Assembly (NCBI GenBank): GCA_903850915.1
Contig: CAINMV010000034.1
Coordinates: 37 to 64,036, forward strand
From: an uncultured Bacteroidota bacterium
GTDB taxonomy: Bacteria > Bacteroidota > Bacteroidia > UKL13-3
DNA: 64,000 nt
Reading direction: 5' to 3'
Positions 18,287-29,173 of the stretch are shown here, one piece after another. How positions within the stretch are numbered: the stretch's first letter is position 1; the number at the start of each line of letters is the position of its first letter. Under the pieces are notes generated by a model, which saw only the letters and a program-made list of their open reading frames with translations, was not told the origin of the DNA and did no database searches. The position numbers and the translations under genes were made by a program.

Positions 18287-21200
18287 ATGAGAAATTTTAA
18301 CGCTATAAGACTGGCTTCATTATTCATTGCATTCACGTTTATTTTTACGACTTCAATGAATTCGCAAATCAGCGTGAACTCCACCGGTGGTCAAACAAGT
18401 ACAACTACTTATGCCACATTAAAGCTCGCTTTCGACTCGATAAACGTTGGGAAGCATACCGGCTCAATTGTAATATTGGTTAACGGCAACACCACAGAAA
18501 CGGCTACCGCTGTTTTAAATGCATCAGGCTCTGGACTCGCTTCATATGCAGCAATTTTGATTAAGCCCTCCGGAGGTGGCTTGAAAACAATTGCAGGCTC
18601 ATTAGCAGCACCACTAATTGACCTCAATGGCGCTGATAATATCACCATAGATGGTTTGTATCCAGGTAACGATTCCCTCTTAATCGTCAATTCTTCTACA
18701 TCAACAGTAGCCAACACCTCTACGATTCGATTTATTAATGGCGCAACGAACAATAGCGTTCAAAATTGTGGTGTCCTTGGAGGTAGTGCATCCACAACAT
18801 CGGGCACTATTTTTTTTAGTACAGATGCATCCACCACTACTGGTAATGATAATAATCTTATTTCAAATTTACTGCTAGGAGATGCGTCAAGCGCAGCTAC
18901 ACCCCGTTATGCAGTTTATGCCTCGGGCACGCCAACGGCACAAAATAATTACAACACCATTAAAGGCTGTTGGATATATAATTTCAACTCAGGTACCACC
19001 GGCGACAGAGCTGGTATTTATATCGGCGCTGCCTGTTCTGACTTTACCATCTACAATAATAGTTTTTATCAGGAGACGAGCAGAAGTGTAAGCTCTGCCG
19101 TGTTTTCGGGCATATACATCACCAATACCTCTGGTAGTTTTTTAATACGCAAAAATAAAATTGGAGGAAGCGCACCAAACTGTGCTGGATCAGCACTTTC
19201 ATTGACATCCGCTCCCCTCTTACATGCAATTTACCTAAATGTAGCCTCCTCAAGCAAAACAATTGTGGATAGCAATACCATCGCAAATATTACAATGGCA
19301 ACATCAAACACTAGTATCATCCAATCCTTGATACACATAAATAATGGAAAGGTTGATTTAAAATACAATACCCTCGGAAGCCAAAGTACGGCATCGAGTA
19401 TTAGCATACCTACAAACCCAAGCAGCACTACCTTTTCAGTCATTGGAATGGGAGCTGGCACCTTTGACACCATAAATATCTCCAACAATACCATTGGCGG
19501 AATAAACATTACGGGATCGGGAATGAGCCTAAGAGGCGTGGATATTACAGGAACAACGGCAACAATGCTGATTAATAATAATATCTTTGGTTCGCCAACA
19601 GTGGCTAACAGCTTTTTTCAAGGAGGACCTAATTCCATTTTAGCGATAATAATGCGGGCTGATTATGCTGGTGCCATCCACCAAGTGATGAATAATACAT
19701 TTGCAAATTTTACAGCCACAAACGCAGCAATACGAGCAATTTATACTGGTGGAGCTAATTCTACATTTTTAATTACTGGAAATACACTTTACAACTTTAG
19801 CACGGCACGTAATACCGCTGGCACAGGCAATGGTGCGGCAATAGTTGGTATTATTGCTAGTGCTGGTGGGCCAAATCAAATAATCTCTAAAAATACAATA
19901 CACTCTTTAAAAGTTACAGGGTCGGGTGCTGGTGCAATGACTGTAAGTGGAATCAATTTTGGAGGTACTCCATCTGGTAATAATATAATCTCTAGTAACC
20001 TAATCCATTCCTTGAATGTGGATATCGCAGGTGGTGTAGTCAATGGAATCGACATCTCAGGAGCCAACGGAACATATTACAACAATATGATACGCTTGGG
20101 AATTGATGAACTTGGGGCTATCATTAGTACGCCAATAAGTATTAACGGAATTTATGAGAACGGAGGCGTAAACTCCATTTACTACAACAGCATTTATATA
20201 GGGGGCAGTAATGTTACTACAGGAACCGCCAACACTGCAGCTCTTAACAGCTCGGTAACTTCGGTGAATAGGGAAATAAAAAACAATATTTTCGTGAACG
20301 TAAGAAGCAACAGTTCATCCACTGGCAAGCACTATGCTATAGCTATTAATAACAATACGGGGCAAGTAATCAACAATAACGATTATTGGACTGGCAGTTC
20401 ATTCCTAGCTCAAAATAGCACTACAGATTACAGTTCATTATTAACTTGGCAAGCAGCGACCAACCAAGATAGCTTAAGTGTAAGCGCAAATCCTGTGTTT
20501 AAGAACCCGGGAGGAAGCATCTCAACATTAAATCTGCATATTGACACTGCCGGAACCGCCGTTTCCTATTTAGAATCGAGTGGCAGCGTAATTAGCGGAA
20601 TTGCAACCGACTATGATAATGACGCCCGACCAGGACCATTAGGAAGTTTAAAAGGTGGCGCTACCAAACCTGATATTGGTGCCGACGAATTTGATGGTGT
20701 ACCTCGGCCACCTTGTGCTAACTCCATTGCTGGCAATGCGATTGCAACGCTTGATACTATTTGTATAAGTGGCACTGTTACCTTAAGCTTAAGCGGTTCA
20801 TCCGGGTTAGGTGTTGGCAATAGCTACCAATGGCAATCGTCCTCCAATGGCATCAACTATTCGAACATTTCAAATGCGAATCTAAATGTATATGCCACTT
20901 CAAGTATTACCACTACGACTTATTATCGATGCATTTTAACATGCATCTACGGCGCAACGTCATCTATTTCAGGCGCAAAGAAAATCACCGTTTTAAATCC
21001 ACAAATATCAAGTACCCAAGGGGCTCAGCGTTGTGGAGCTGGATCTGTTGCTTTAAACGCAACTGCAAGTTCAGGCACTATCAGATGGTACAGTGCTGCT
21101 ACAGGTGGCGCTCTATTAGATACTGGAGCAATCTTCAACACACCATCAATTGCCACCACAACCACGTACTATGTAGAAGCGGCCATAGCAAATTGCGCTT

Positions 21201-22921
21201 CCAACGCACGCACCGCTGTGCAAGCAACCATATTAACGGTCCCTATAATCACTGGAATCACTCCAGGTTTTAGTTGCGGGCCTGGAATTGTTGCCTTATC
21301 GGCATCTTGCAGTGCTGGCACAATAAATTGGTATAGCACAGCTACTGGAGGCACTGCAATTGCAACAGGAGCTAACTTTAGCACCCCTTTGCTCAGTTCC
21401 ACAACAACATACTATATCGATGCTGTTTCAACAATTTGTACTTCTACATCCAGATCTGCCATTACCGCCACCATTATACCATTACCAACAATTACTTCAA
21501 CGACACCTTCAAATACTTGTGGTACCGGATCGGTTGTATTACGCGCAGCAGCAAGCAGTGGCTATGTAAATTGGTATTCGACAGCAACTGGAGGCACCGT
21601 AATTGACACCGGCAATACTTTTACCACGCCTGTTATTTTTGCGCCTACTACCTATTATGCCGAAGCTAAAGTAGGCAATTGTGTATCAAGCCCAAGAACA
21701 GCGGTTTTGGCATCCGTACTTTCTAAACCCACCATTAATGGAGTAAATAGCGCCACTGGCTGCAAATTCGATCAGATTGTACTTGGAGCAACGGCTTCGG
21801 CAGGAACTATCAACTGGTACAACAGCTCCACTGGAGGCATCTCAATTGCAACTGGCAATAGCTTCACAACACCAAGCCTTTCGGCAACCACAGTATATTA
21901 TGTTGATGCCACCGTAAGCGGATGCACCTCATTATTTAGGACAGCTGTTACAGCAACAATTAATCCAACACCATTGATTACGTCCGTAACCAATGCCTCT
22001 GTTTGTGGTTCAGGCGCGTTAACCTTGGATGCCGCTGCGAGCTCCGGCGTTATTAGCTGGTATAGCGACTCTATTGGAGGAACATTAGTATTTACGGGCA
22101 ACCCATTTAACACACCGATTTTAAACACCACCACGACGTATTTCGTTGAAACCAAAGACAATGGGTGCACCTCAAGTCCACGGGTTCGAGTAACGGCTAA
22201 GGTTAAAAAAATACCTACAATTACCACGACAACGCCCGCTTCAAGTTGTCGGCCTGCCATCTTAAGCTTAAGCGCAAATGCAAGCAATGGCAATATTCGT
22301 TGGTATAATGTAGCATTTGGTGGCAGTGCCTTAGCGAGTGGCTCAACTTTTACAACTCCTGTTCTATCAGCAACAGCAACGTACTATGTTGACGCCTTTG
22401 ACAGCGGCTGTGTTTCAGCCAATAGAACAGCAGTAGACGCTACCATTTACACAGCCCCGAACAAAAGTACCACTGTATTAGGAAATACGATTACAGCCAC
22501 TGCCACTGGCCTAATCTACCAGTGGGTGGATTGCAACAACAACTTTGCTTTGCTAACAGGAGAGACCAGCAAAAGCTTCACGGCCACTAAAAATGGAAGT
22601 TATGCCGTAATTGTAAAAGACAATAACTGCAGCGACACCTCTGCATGCACCACCTTTAACAAAATTGGTCTTCATAATAACATGCAAGATTTTGGATTCA
22701 GCTTAACACCCAACCCAGCTCAAGAACAGCTGTTTTTGATAACAAACATCACTTTACTTGGCAAAAAATTTACAATTTTAGATCTAACGGGCAGGATACT
22801 AATCGTTGGAACCATTAACCAGGAGATGCAAACAATTCCCATTGAGACACTCGCTTTTGGAAACTACCTCTTCCATATTGACGACGCCTATGGTAAGAAT
22901 ATTCGATTTATTAAAAATTAA
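18287..22921 (+). CDS. very large secreted T9SS cargo adhesin: N-terminal parallel beta-helix region, about 6-8 tandem Ig-like repeats, C-terminal T9SS sorting domain
   Basis: Signal peptide from the ATG at 18287. The first ~800 aa is Gly/Asn/Thr/Ser-rich with beta-helix-like repeats. An ~80-aa repeat (CGxGxVxLxAxASxGxIxWYxxATGG...TTTYYVxA...RTAV) is then reiterated. The last ~80 aa match a Por/T9SS C-terminal domain. Confidence 0.8.
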   Translation: MRNFNAIRLASLFIAFTFIFTTSMNSQISVNSTGGQTSTTTYATLKLAFDSINVGKHTGSIVILVNGNTTETATAVLNASGSGLASYAAILIKPSGGGLKTIAGSLAAPLIDLNGADNITIDGLYPGNDSLLIVNSSTSTVANTSTIRFINGATNNSVQNCGVLGGSASTTSGTIFFSTDASTTTGNDNNLISNLLLGDASSAATPRYAVYASGTPTAQNNYNTIKGCWIYNFNSGTTGDRAGIYIGAACSDFTIYNNSFYQETSRSVSSAVFSGIYITNTSGSFLIRKNKIGGSAPNCAGSALSLTSAPLLHAIYLNVASSSKTIVDSNTIANITMATSNTSIIQSLIHINNGKVDLKYNTLGSQSTASSISIPTNPSSTTFSVIGMGAGTFDTINISNNTIGGINITGSGMSLRGVDITGTTATMLINNNIFGSPTVANSFFQGGPNSILAIIMRADYAGAIHQVMNNTFANFTATNAAIRAIYTGGANSTFLITGNTLYNFSTARNTAGTGNGAAIVGIIASAGGPNQIISKNTIHSLKVTGSGAGAMTVSGINFGGTPSGNNIISSNLIHSLNVDIAGGVVNGIDISGANGTYYNNMIRLGIDELGAIISTPISINGIYENGGVNSIYYNSIYIGGSNVTTGTANTAALNSSVTSVNREIKNNIFVNVRSNSSSTGKHYAIAINNNTGQVINNNDYWTGSSFLAQNSTTDYSSLLTWQAATNQDSLSVSANPVFKNPGGSISTLNLHIDTAGTAVSYLESSGSVISGIATDYDNDARPGPLGSLKGGATKPDIGADEFDGVPRPPCANSIAGNAIATLDTICISGTVTLSLSGSSGLGVGNSYQWQSSSNGINYSNISNANLNVYATSSITTTTYYRCILTCIYGATSSISGAKKITVLNPQISSTQGAQRCGAGSVALNATASSGTIRWYSAATGGALLDTGAIFNTPSIATTTTYYVEAAIANCASNARTAVQATILTVPIITGITPGFSCGPGIVALSASCSAGTINWYSTATGGTAIATGANFSTPLLSSTTTYYIDAVSTICTSTSRSAITATIIPLPTITSTTPSNTCGTGSVVLRAAASSGYVNWYSTATGGTVIDTGNTFTTPVIFAPTTYYAEAKVGNCVSSPRTAVLASVLSKPTINGVNSATGCKFDQIVLGATASAGTINWYNSSTGGISIATGNSFTTPSLSATTVYYVDATVSGCTSLFRTAVTATINPTPLITSVTNASVCGSGALTLDAAASSGVISWYSDSIGGTLVFTGNPFNTPILNTTTTYFVETKDNGCTSSPRVRVTAKVKKIPTITTTTPASSCRPAILSLSANASNGNIRWYNVAFGGSALASGSTFTTPVLSATATYYVDAFDSGCVSANRTAVDATIYTAPNKSTTVLGNTITATATGLIYQWVDCNNNFALLTGETSKSFTATKNGSYAVIVKDNNCSDTSACTTFNKIGLHNNMQDFGFSLTPNPAQEQLFLITNITLLGKKFTILDLTGRILIVGTINQEMQTIPIETLAFGNYLFHIDDAYGKNIRFIKN
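20995..22450 (+). repeat. six clear tandem ~240-bp coding repeats (Ig-like domains) inside the adhesin gene, flanked by two more-diverged units (20700-20990 and 22450-22660)
   Basis: Repeat units begin near 20995, 21241, 21478, 21724, 21964 and 22207. Confidence 0.7.
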
Positions 22922-22943
22922 TTCTTGTATCTTTGATGTCATC

Positions 22944-23426
22944 ATGCAGGATTTCTTTCTTGACTTTCCAATCAATTCCCGCGTATGGGTTTATCAAGCT
23001 AATAAGGCTTTCCCAACAAACGCGAGTAATGAGCTACAACCCATTTTTGATGCCTTTACCAAACAATGGACAGCGCATCAACAGCAGATGAAGGCTGAAA
23101 TTCGACTGCTGCATAATTACTTTATTGTGGTGATGGTGGATGAAGACTTCCAAAGACCCGGCGGTTGCAGTATCGACAGCTCTATACATTTTATCAAGGA
23201 TATTGGCAAGCAATACGGCATTGACTTACTCGACCGCTTGCGCGTTAGTTATTTACGTGATGGCATCATTGAAAGCCTTGCCGTAAATGAGTTTGTGAAT
23301 AGAATCCATGCCAAAGAAATAAAGGAAGACACCATGGTGATGAATCCATTGGTACAAAGCAAAGATGAATTATTTACAAAGTTCATGATCCCTTTGCGAG
23401 AAAGCTGGCTAAATCGTTATTTATAA
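22944..23426 (+). CDS. conserved hypothetical protein (Bacteroidota family often mislabelled ABC transporter ATPase)
   Basis: In-frame ATG at 22944 follows the adhesin stop at 22921. It has no ATPase motifs. Confidence 0.5.
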   Translation: MQDFFLDFPINSRVWVYQANKAFPTNASNELQPIFDAFTKQWTAHQQQMKAEIRLLHNYFIVVMVDEDFQRPGGCSIDSSIHFIKDIGKQYGIDLLDRLRVSYLRDGIIESLAVNEFVNRIHAKEIKEDTMVMNPLVQSKDELFTKFMIPLRESWLNRYL

Positions 23427-23561
23427 TTAGCGATAAGACATATGAACATCATTCTAATCTAGTACTTAACCATGACTAGAAATAGGATTGAGTAACTCAA
23501 AAAATAAATTTCGGAAAATTTGAGCTTTTTATAGTATATGGTTCGTTGTTGATTTCTTGAA

Positions 23562-25649
23562 TTACAACTTCACCAATTTGCGACTATAGTTTACGCCATC
23601 TATAGTTATATTAACAAAATAAACACTTCCAGAGAGTGACTTCATATCGAATGTGCTTAAAGGAATTATTACTTCACCTGCAATCTTGTTTTGATTGTCG
23701 ATAACTGATATTTCTTTTCCGAGCACATCGATTACTTTCACAATAACAGAGGCCTCCTTGGCTAATAAAAACTTGATTTCGGAAGCTTGAGTAAAAGGAT
23801 TTGGAGAAATAATTAAATCGACAGGAAAAGGCGCTTGCGAAAGGCTAATTCCTGTTTTTGCATCCAACACATTGATATCATCAATATATATATTGTTTCC
23901 CTGTCTGCTGGTAGTTTCGAAACGAAAGCGCACATTTGGCATTCCCGCATATTGCGTAAGATCGGCTTGCTGTAGCACCCAATCTGTGGCCTGAGGAACA
24001 TAGCTTGTGGAACTCATAGCCACACCACCGGCGAGACTATTTCCAACTTTTGAGATTTTAGACTGCCACGACTGACCGCAATCTACTGAAACATACATCT
24101 TCAACACATCATTAACTCCGGTTGCCCTTTGTGCGTATGCTGTATAAAAGTTAATAATTGGCTTTTGCACTGTTGTGAAGTTATAGCCTTTGCTATAAAA
24201 AGCATCTACATCATCATAAGCCGTGCCACTAAAATGATTAATCATAAATGCCGCAGTGCCTGTGCGCTTTGATGTTGTAGTTCGTTGCCATGAAGATGTT
24301 GCACCGCCATTATCGAGCGTCCAACCATCAGCGGCCAAAGTCGTATTTTCGAAGCCCTGAAACATAGGCAAAACATCCGGAGCTTGTAATGGCAAAATAG
24401 TTAAATACGAGGTACGTGTTTTTGTATTTCCTCCTTTTGCATTGGAAACAGTTAAGCTAATGCTATACGTTCCTGGAGTACTCCATGAAATATTCGTTGG
24501 ATTTTGAAGCGTACTATTTGATGTATTGGCACCAGTGAATGTCCAATTCCAATTGGTGATCGTAGCATTATAGCTAAAATCAAGAAATGAGAAATCAGAG
24601 CCCGTGCAACCCACTAATTTAGAAGCTATGAAATCCGCAACTGGAGCACATCCTACAGGGCCATTGCCATCGACACCTGTTGCCGCAGCATTGGCTGTTG
24701 AGATGAGATTACTTCGATACTGCAATAATGCTGCATCCATTCTGGTTTTCTGACCTGTGGTGAACATGCTTTGGCAAGTACCATTGGTATAATCCATATA
24801 ATTCTCCAGCATATCGGGCGGATCTACAGTATAGGGAGATGTAAAGTTAGTGCATGAATTTGTTGTTAGAGTGCATCCGTAATTGGCTGTTGAGGCCGGA
24901 GGTGTATCGCCTACTTGATCGCCACCATTACAGCCGCTTTGAAATGTATGGAAAAGGCCCAATGAATGGCCAATTTCGTGTGTAAGAGTTCTTCCCCATT
25001 CGCCAAATCCATTGCCTGGCTCAGTTCCAATACGCCCAACACAATCGTTGCGGATAATAATACCGTCGGTGCTTGCAGAGCCACCACCTGGAAACTGAGA
25101 ATAACCTAAAATTGTTCCACCTCCAGTTCCTTGAGAAGCAATGGTTTTAACCACCCAAATATTTAAATACTTTTGATTCGACCAATACGATAGCGCCTTA
25201 ACGTTATCGCCGGCATCATTGGTAAGTGGGCTAAAAATTCTGTTTATCCCTTCTGTACAATTGCCATTGGGATCAATTTTAGCCAAACGAAATTCAATAG
25301 AGGCATCGGTGGCGTAGGGTCTAAATAAAGTGCGGGTGTCGGCGGTATCTGGATTAAGCTTGCGATAATCTTCATTTAAAATCCGAATTGCATCTTCAAT
25401 TTGAGCTTTGCTAATATTTTCAGTGCCGTATTCATGAATAACATGAAATACAACCGGGATGATTCGCACTGTACCATTGGTTTTTTGCATAGGAGCAAAA
25501 TCCTGAATGTGATTGAATTTGTCAAAATCCGCCTTGAGCTCAGGGTGTGCTTTTTGATATTCTTCGTAATAGTAATCCGATAAACACTTTTGTGAATATC
25601 CATAAAACGTGGTAAAAATTAGGGCAAAAGTCAACAAATACTTCTTCAT
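23562..25649 (-). CDS. secreted zinc metalloprotease, M43 (cytophagalysin/pappalysin-like) metzincin with T9SS C-terminal domain
   Basis: Signal peptide present. HEIGHSLGLFH zinc motif (HExxHxxGxxH). The C-terminal ~80 aa is a T9SS sorting domain. Confidence 0.8.
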   Translation of the reverse strand: MKKYLLTFALIFTTFYGYSQKCLSDYYYEEYQKAHPELKADFDKFNHIQDFAPMQKTNGTVRIIPVVFHVIHEYGTENISKAQIEDAIRILNEDYRKLNPDTADTRTLFRPYATDASIEFRLAKIDPNGNCTEGINRIFSPLTNDAGDNVKALSYWSNQKYLNIWVVKTIASQGTGGGTILGYSQFPGGGSASTDGIIIRNDCVGRIGTEPGNGFGEWGRTLTHEIGHSLGLFHTFQSGCNGGDQVGDTPPASTANYGCTLTTNSCTNFTSPYTVDPPDMLENYMDYTNGTCQSMFTTGQKTRMDAALLQYRSNLISTANAAATGVDGNGPVGCAPVADFIASKLVGCTGSDFSFLDFSYNATITNWNWTFTGANTSNSTLQNPTNISWSTPGTYSISLTVSNAKGGNTKTRTSYLTILPLQAPDVLPMFQGFENTTLAADGWTLDNGGATSSWQRTTTSKRTGTAAFMINHFSGTAYDDVDAFYSKGYNFTTVQKPIINFYTAYAQRATGVNDVLKMYVSVDCGQSWQSKISKVGNSLAGGVAMSSTSYVPQATDWVLQQADLTQYAGMPNVRFRFETTSRQGNNIYIDDINVLDAKTGISLSQAPFPVDLIISPNPFTQASEIKFLLAKEASVIVKVIDVLGKEISVIDNQNKIAGEVIIPLSTFDMKSLSGSVYFVNITIDGVNYSRKLVKL

Positions 25650-25731
25650 AGGATAGGGCTATAGTCGCTTGCAACGGAAATGCGTTGCCTCAACAATAAA
25701 ATATAAGATACAAAAATAGTGAATTCCCGAA

Positions 25732-26814
25732 TTAAAAACCTACTGAAGCACGATGAATTAACAAATGATTGAGGATAACAATAGCAGCAAAAGCATCAAC
25801 TATTGGAACCGCCCTAGGTACAACACAGGCATCATGTCGACCACCAGGAATAAACACATCTTGTAGACCCTCTTTGTTTGCCGTTGTTTGAGGTTGCATT
25901 ATTGTGGATGCCGGCTTAAAAGCGATATCGAGTAACACGTCCATTCCATTGCTAATTCCACCTTGAATTCCGCCACTGTGGTTGGATGTAGTGCGCCAAT
26001 TTCCATCTACTTTTTCAAACACATCATTTTGTAATGATCCATAGCTAGCAGCAGATTCAAAGCCATCACCGAAAGAAACCCCTTTTACAGCATTGATGCC
26101 GAACATGGCCTTCGCCAGATTCGCATTTAGTTTCTCGAACAAAGGCTCCCCAAGACCCACATGTAAACCTTGAATAACACAACGGATTACCCCTCCCACT
26201 GAATCCCCCTTCTCTTTTGTCTCCAAAATTAAAGCCTCCATTTTGCTTGCGGCCTCTGTATCCGGACAACGCACAGCATTTGAGTCGATTAAACTTAAAT
26301 CAATTTCATGTTGACTCTTGTTTATTTTAACCGAACCAACAGCAGTAACGTAACTGTTAATATTTATATTACAACGTTTCAATAATTGCTGCGCAATAGC
26401 TCCAGCAGCCACCATGGGCGCTGTGGTACGAGCGCTGCTTCGTCCACCACCACGATAATCATAATGACCATACTTTTGCTGATAAACAAAATCGGCATGC
26501 GACGGCCTAAAGAAGTTTTGGATTGTATTGTAATCTGCGCTCTTAACATCTTTGTTTTCTATTAAAAGCAAGATGGGTGCGCCTGTTGTTTTTCCTTCAA
26601 AAACACCGCTAATTATTTTAAAGCTATCTACTTCGTTGCGAGCAGTTGTTAAAGAGGATTGTCCTGGACGACGACGATTAAGCTGCTCTTGAATATTAAT
26701 TAAATCGAGTTCAATATTCGAAGGACAGCCATCAATAACGGCACCGATAGCCTCCCCATGGCTCTCGCCAAAAGTAGTCACCGTAAAAAATGTTCCTATG
26801 CTATTGTTTGACAT
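25732..26814 (-). CDS. aroC: chorismate synthase
   Basis: N-terminus FGESHG; 360 aa. Confidence 0.9.
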   Translation of the reverse strand: MSNNSIGTFFTVTTFGESHGEAIGAVIDGCPSNIELDLINIQEQLNRRRPGQSSLTTARNEVDSFKIISGVFEGKTTGAPILLLIENKDVKSADYNTIQNFFRPSHADFVYQQKYGHYDYRGGGRSSARTTAPMVAAGAIAQQLLKRCNININSYVTAVGSVKINKSQHEIDLSLIDSNAVRCPDTEAASKMEALILETKEKGDSVGGVIRCVIQGLHVGLGEPLFEKLNANLAKAMFGINAVKGVSFGDGFESAASYGSLQNDVFEKVDGNWRTTSNHSGGIQGGISNGMDVLLDIAFKPASTIMQPQTTANKEGLQDVFIPGGRHDACVVPRAVPIVDAFAAIVILNHLLIHRASVGF

Positions 26815-26840
26815 CGTTTTGCAAAATTAGTTATAATACA

Positions 26841-28058
26841 TTACAAATTTGATTGTGATGGAGAACGATGAAAAGCCTCTTCAAATTCATTCCAGAAAAA
26901 TGGATACGACTTTACGACACATTCGAATTCGTTGATAACAACATTATGATATTTAGTTAATATGGCTGCGAAAGCCATGGCTATACGATGATCATTAAAT
27001 GCCTCTAGAATAAGAACTTCTGCATCAATTTTAGATACTAGCCCAGCCGTTTCCAAATTCCAATAGTTGAAATGACTTTGAAAAGCCACTCCTAATTTCA
27101 GTAATTCAGATTGCAGCACTGCTGTTCGATTTGACTCTTTATTTTTTAGCGTTTCCAATCCATAGAATTTAGCATTGAACTGCAATAGCGCACAGGCCAC
27201 CACCAAAGCAGGGGCGAGATCGGGACTGTCGGCGAGATTGAACTCTGCAACGCTTGACTTAACCGCGGTATATCGAATAGAAATCCCATTGTTTGATTCT
27301 GAAGTTTCTACACCTAGCTTCGCGAATAGAGAAGCGCAGCTGCGATCGCCTTGTGCGCTATCAAGCTTTAAATTTTGGAAGCTGAAACTTTTTTTCGTGA
27401 TGGTGCAAAGCGCATACCAAAAAGCAGCACTACTCCAATCACCTTCAACGTTTTCAAGCTCAGAATCGTCCTTAATAAAATGTTGTCCTGGGTCAACTTG
27501 AATCCAATTTCCCTCCACCTGCACCCTAATTCCAAAAGAATGGAGGCAGCTTTGCGTTAATTTTAGATACGGTATTGAGGTTGGATTAAGCATTCGCAAT
27601 TTCAATCCATCGTCAAAAGTTGGAGCAATAAGCATTAGAGCACTTATAAATTGACTACTCAAGGCACCATCGATAGTGACCTCTCCTCCTTTAATCTTCT
27701 TACCCTTAATTTTTAAAGGGGCTTGATATTCCTTTTCAAGATAAATAATGTCAGCACCTAAGTCCAGTAAGACATCAACCAATGGCTTTATAGGCCTAGC
27801 ATTTAACGTGGATGTGCCAGATAATACGTATTCACCTGAGGTGATGCTTAAATAAGCGGTTAAAAATCGAAATACCGTTCCTGCATCTTCAACATTATAG
27901 GTATTGCCAGAATGCTTAAAAAGCAAACGATGCATCACAACCACATCGTTTGGCAATTGTGTCTCTGGCAAGTTTATTTCATTATCACTCAGTGCTGAAA
28001 GCACAAGGAACCGGTTGAGGATACTTTTACTAACTGGAATTTGAATTTGTTGCATCAT
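26841..28058 (-). CDS. aroA: 3-phosphoshikimate 1-carboxyvinyltransferase (EPSP synthase)
   Basis: EPSP synthase fold length and motifs. Its start overlaps the aroB stop by 1 nt. Confidence 0.85.
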   Translation of the reverse strand: MMQQIQIPVSKSILNRFLVLSALSDNEINLPETQLPNDVVVMHRLLFKHSGNTYNVEDAGTVFRFLTAYLSITSGEYVLSGTSTLNARPIKPLVDVLLDLGADIIYLEKEYQAPLKIKGKKIKGGEVTIDGALSSQFISALMLIAPTFDDGLKLRMLNPTSIPYLKLTQSCLHSFGIRVQVEGNWIQVDPGQHFIKDDSELENVEGDWSSAAFWYALCTITKKSFSFQNLKLDSAQGDRSCASLFAKLGVETSESNNGISIRYTAVKSSVAEFNLADSPDLAPALVVACALLQFNAKFYGLETLKNKESNRTAVLQSELLKLGVAFQSHFNYWNLETAGLVSKIDAEVLILEAFNDHRIAMAFAAILTKYHNVVINEFECVVKSYPFFWNEFEEAFHRSPSQSNL

Positions 28059-29143
28059 TAAAAAGCTTGAAGAAATGCCATACCTTCTAAGAGCTGTGAT
28101 TTTGTAATTTGGCTATCCAGCAGCACGTGCCCTTCCCTTTCGAGCAGCACTAATTTTATTTGAGCTTTCGTATTTTTCTTATCCTTCTGCATTATTTTCA
28201 TTAATACATTAAAGTCTAACGCCTTGAGATTTGGCTTTACAAAATTAAGATCGTACCAAAAAACGATGCGCAAGAAACTTTCGAAAGGCAATTTAAAAAA
28301 ACGATACGCAAGAAAAGCCTCTGCCACCAAACCTAACGCCACAGCCTCTCCGTGTAGTATCGTTTTTTTCTGGAGCAAGAAGAAACTTTCAATAGCATGA
28401 CCTATAGTGTGGCCTAAATTTAATTGTTTGCGAAGGTTAGATTCAAAGGGATCTAGCATCACCACCTTCAATTTATAACGTACCGATTTTTTTATGAGCG
28501 TCTGTCTTTCTTGCTCAGAAAATGAAAGAAATGTCTTCAATAGAAACTGAGACGTTTCTCGTTTGCCTTGCAACAGCGCATGCTTGAAAACCTCTGCTGC
28601 ACCGGAATTTAATTCGCGAGTTGGCAACGTTGTCAAAAATACGGTATCAATACAAATCAAGACAGGTGCTTTAAAACCACCAAGCGTGTTTTTATAACTT
28701 AAAAAATCGATTGCTGTTTTACCTCCTATCGCCGCATCTGCCATAGCCATAAGCGATGTAGGCACATTTAAAAAATCGATTCCACGCATGAACACCGAAG
28801 CACAGAAACCACCCATATCTGTGATAACGCCGCCACCAAGATTCACCAAAAGCGAATTGCGGTCGGCCTTATTTTTAAGCATTTTTGACCAAATGGCCTC
28901 ACAGGTGAGGATGGTTTTATTGGCTTCACCACTCCTGACAATTATTAATTGATGTGTTGGTAGCACATTCTTCAGCAATGGATGACAATACCGCTTGGTA
29001 TTTTCGTCGACTAGCACGAAAACAGAAGAGTACGACTTCTTTTTAAAAAAAGAAGAAAGCGATTTAATACCGAAACTAATTTGCTGTTCCATAGATTCAG
29101 GCAACGAAATTAAAGTAAAAAATGATGTTGTTATTAAAAACAT
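28058..29143 (-). CDS. aroB: 3-dehydroquinate synthase
   Basis: Metal/NAD-binding motifs (GGGVITDMGGF, AIGGKTAIDF). The true start may be the internal Met at 29092. Confidence 0.85.
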   Translation of the reverse strand: MFLITTSFFTLISLPESMEQQISFGIKSLSSFFKKKSYSSVFVLVDENTKRYCHPLLKNVLPTHQLIIVRSGEANKTILTCEAIWSKMLKNKADRNSLLVNLGGGVITDMGGFCASVFMRGIDFLNVPTSLMAMADAAIGGKTAIDFLSYKNTLGGFKAPVLICIDTVFLTTLPTRELNSGAAEVFKHALLQGKRETSQFLLKTFLSFSEQERQTLIKKSVRYKLKVVMLDPFESNLRKQLNLGHTIGHAIESFFLLQKKTILHGEAVALGLVAEAFLAYRFFKLPFESFLRIVFWYDLNFVKPNLKALDFNVLMKIMQKDKKNTKAQIKLVLLEREGHVLLDSQITKSQLLEGMAFLQAF

Positions 29144-29173
29144 ATTTACCCTATTTTTGCGGCATCTTTCCTT

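Noticed and set aside
20830-21273. 147-aa His/Cys/Trp/Tyr-rich ORF, plus several other ORFs, in alternate or antisense frames inside the adhesin gene
   Set aside because: These are artefacts of the strongly biased Thr/Ser/Ala/Gly codon composition of the repeat region. They have no start context and are wholly nested in a well-supported long CDS.
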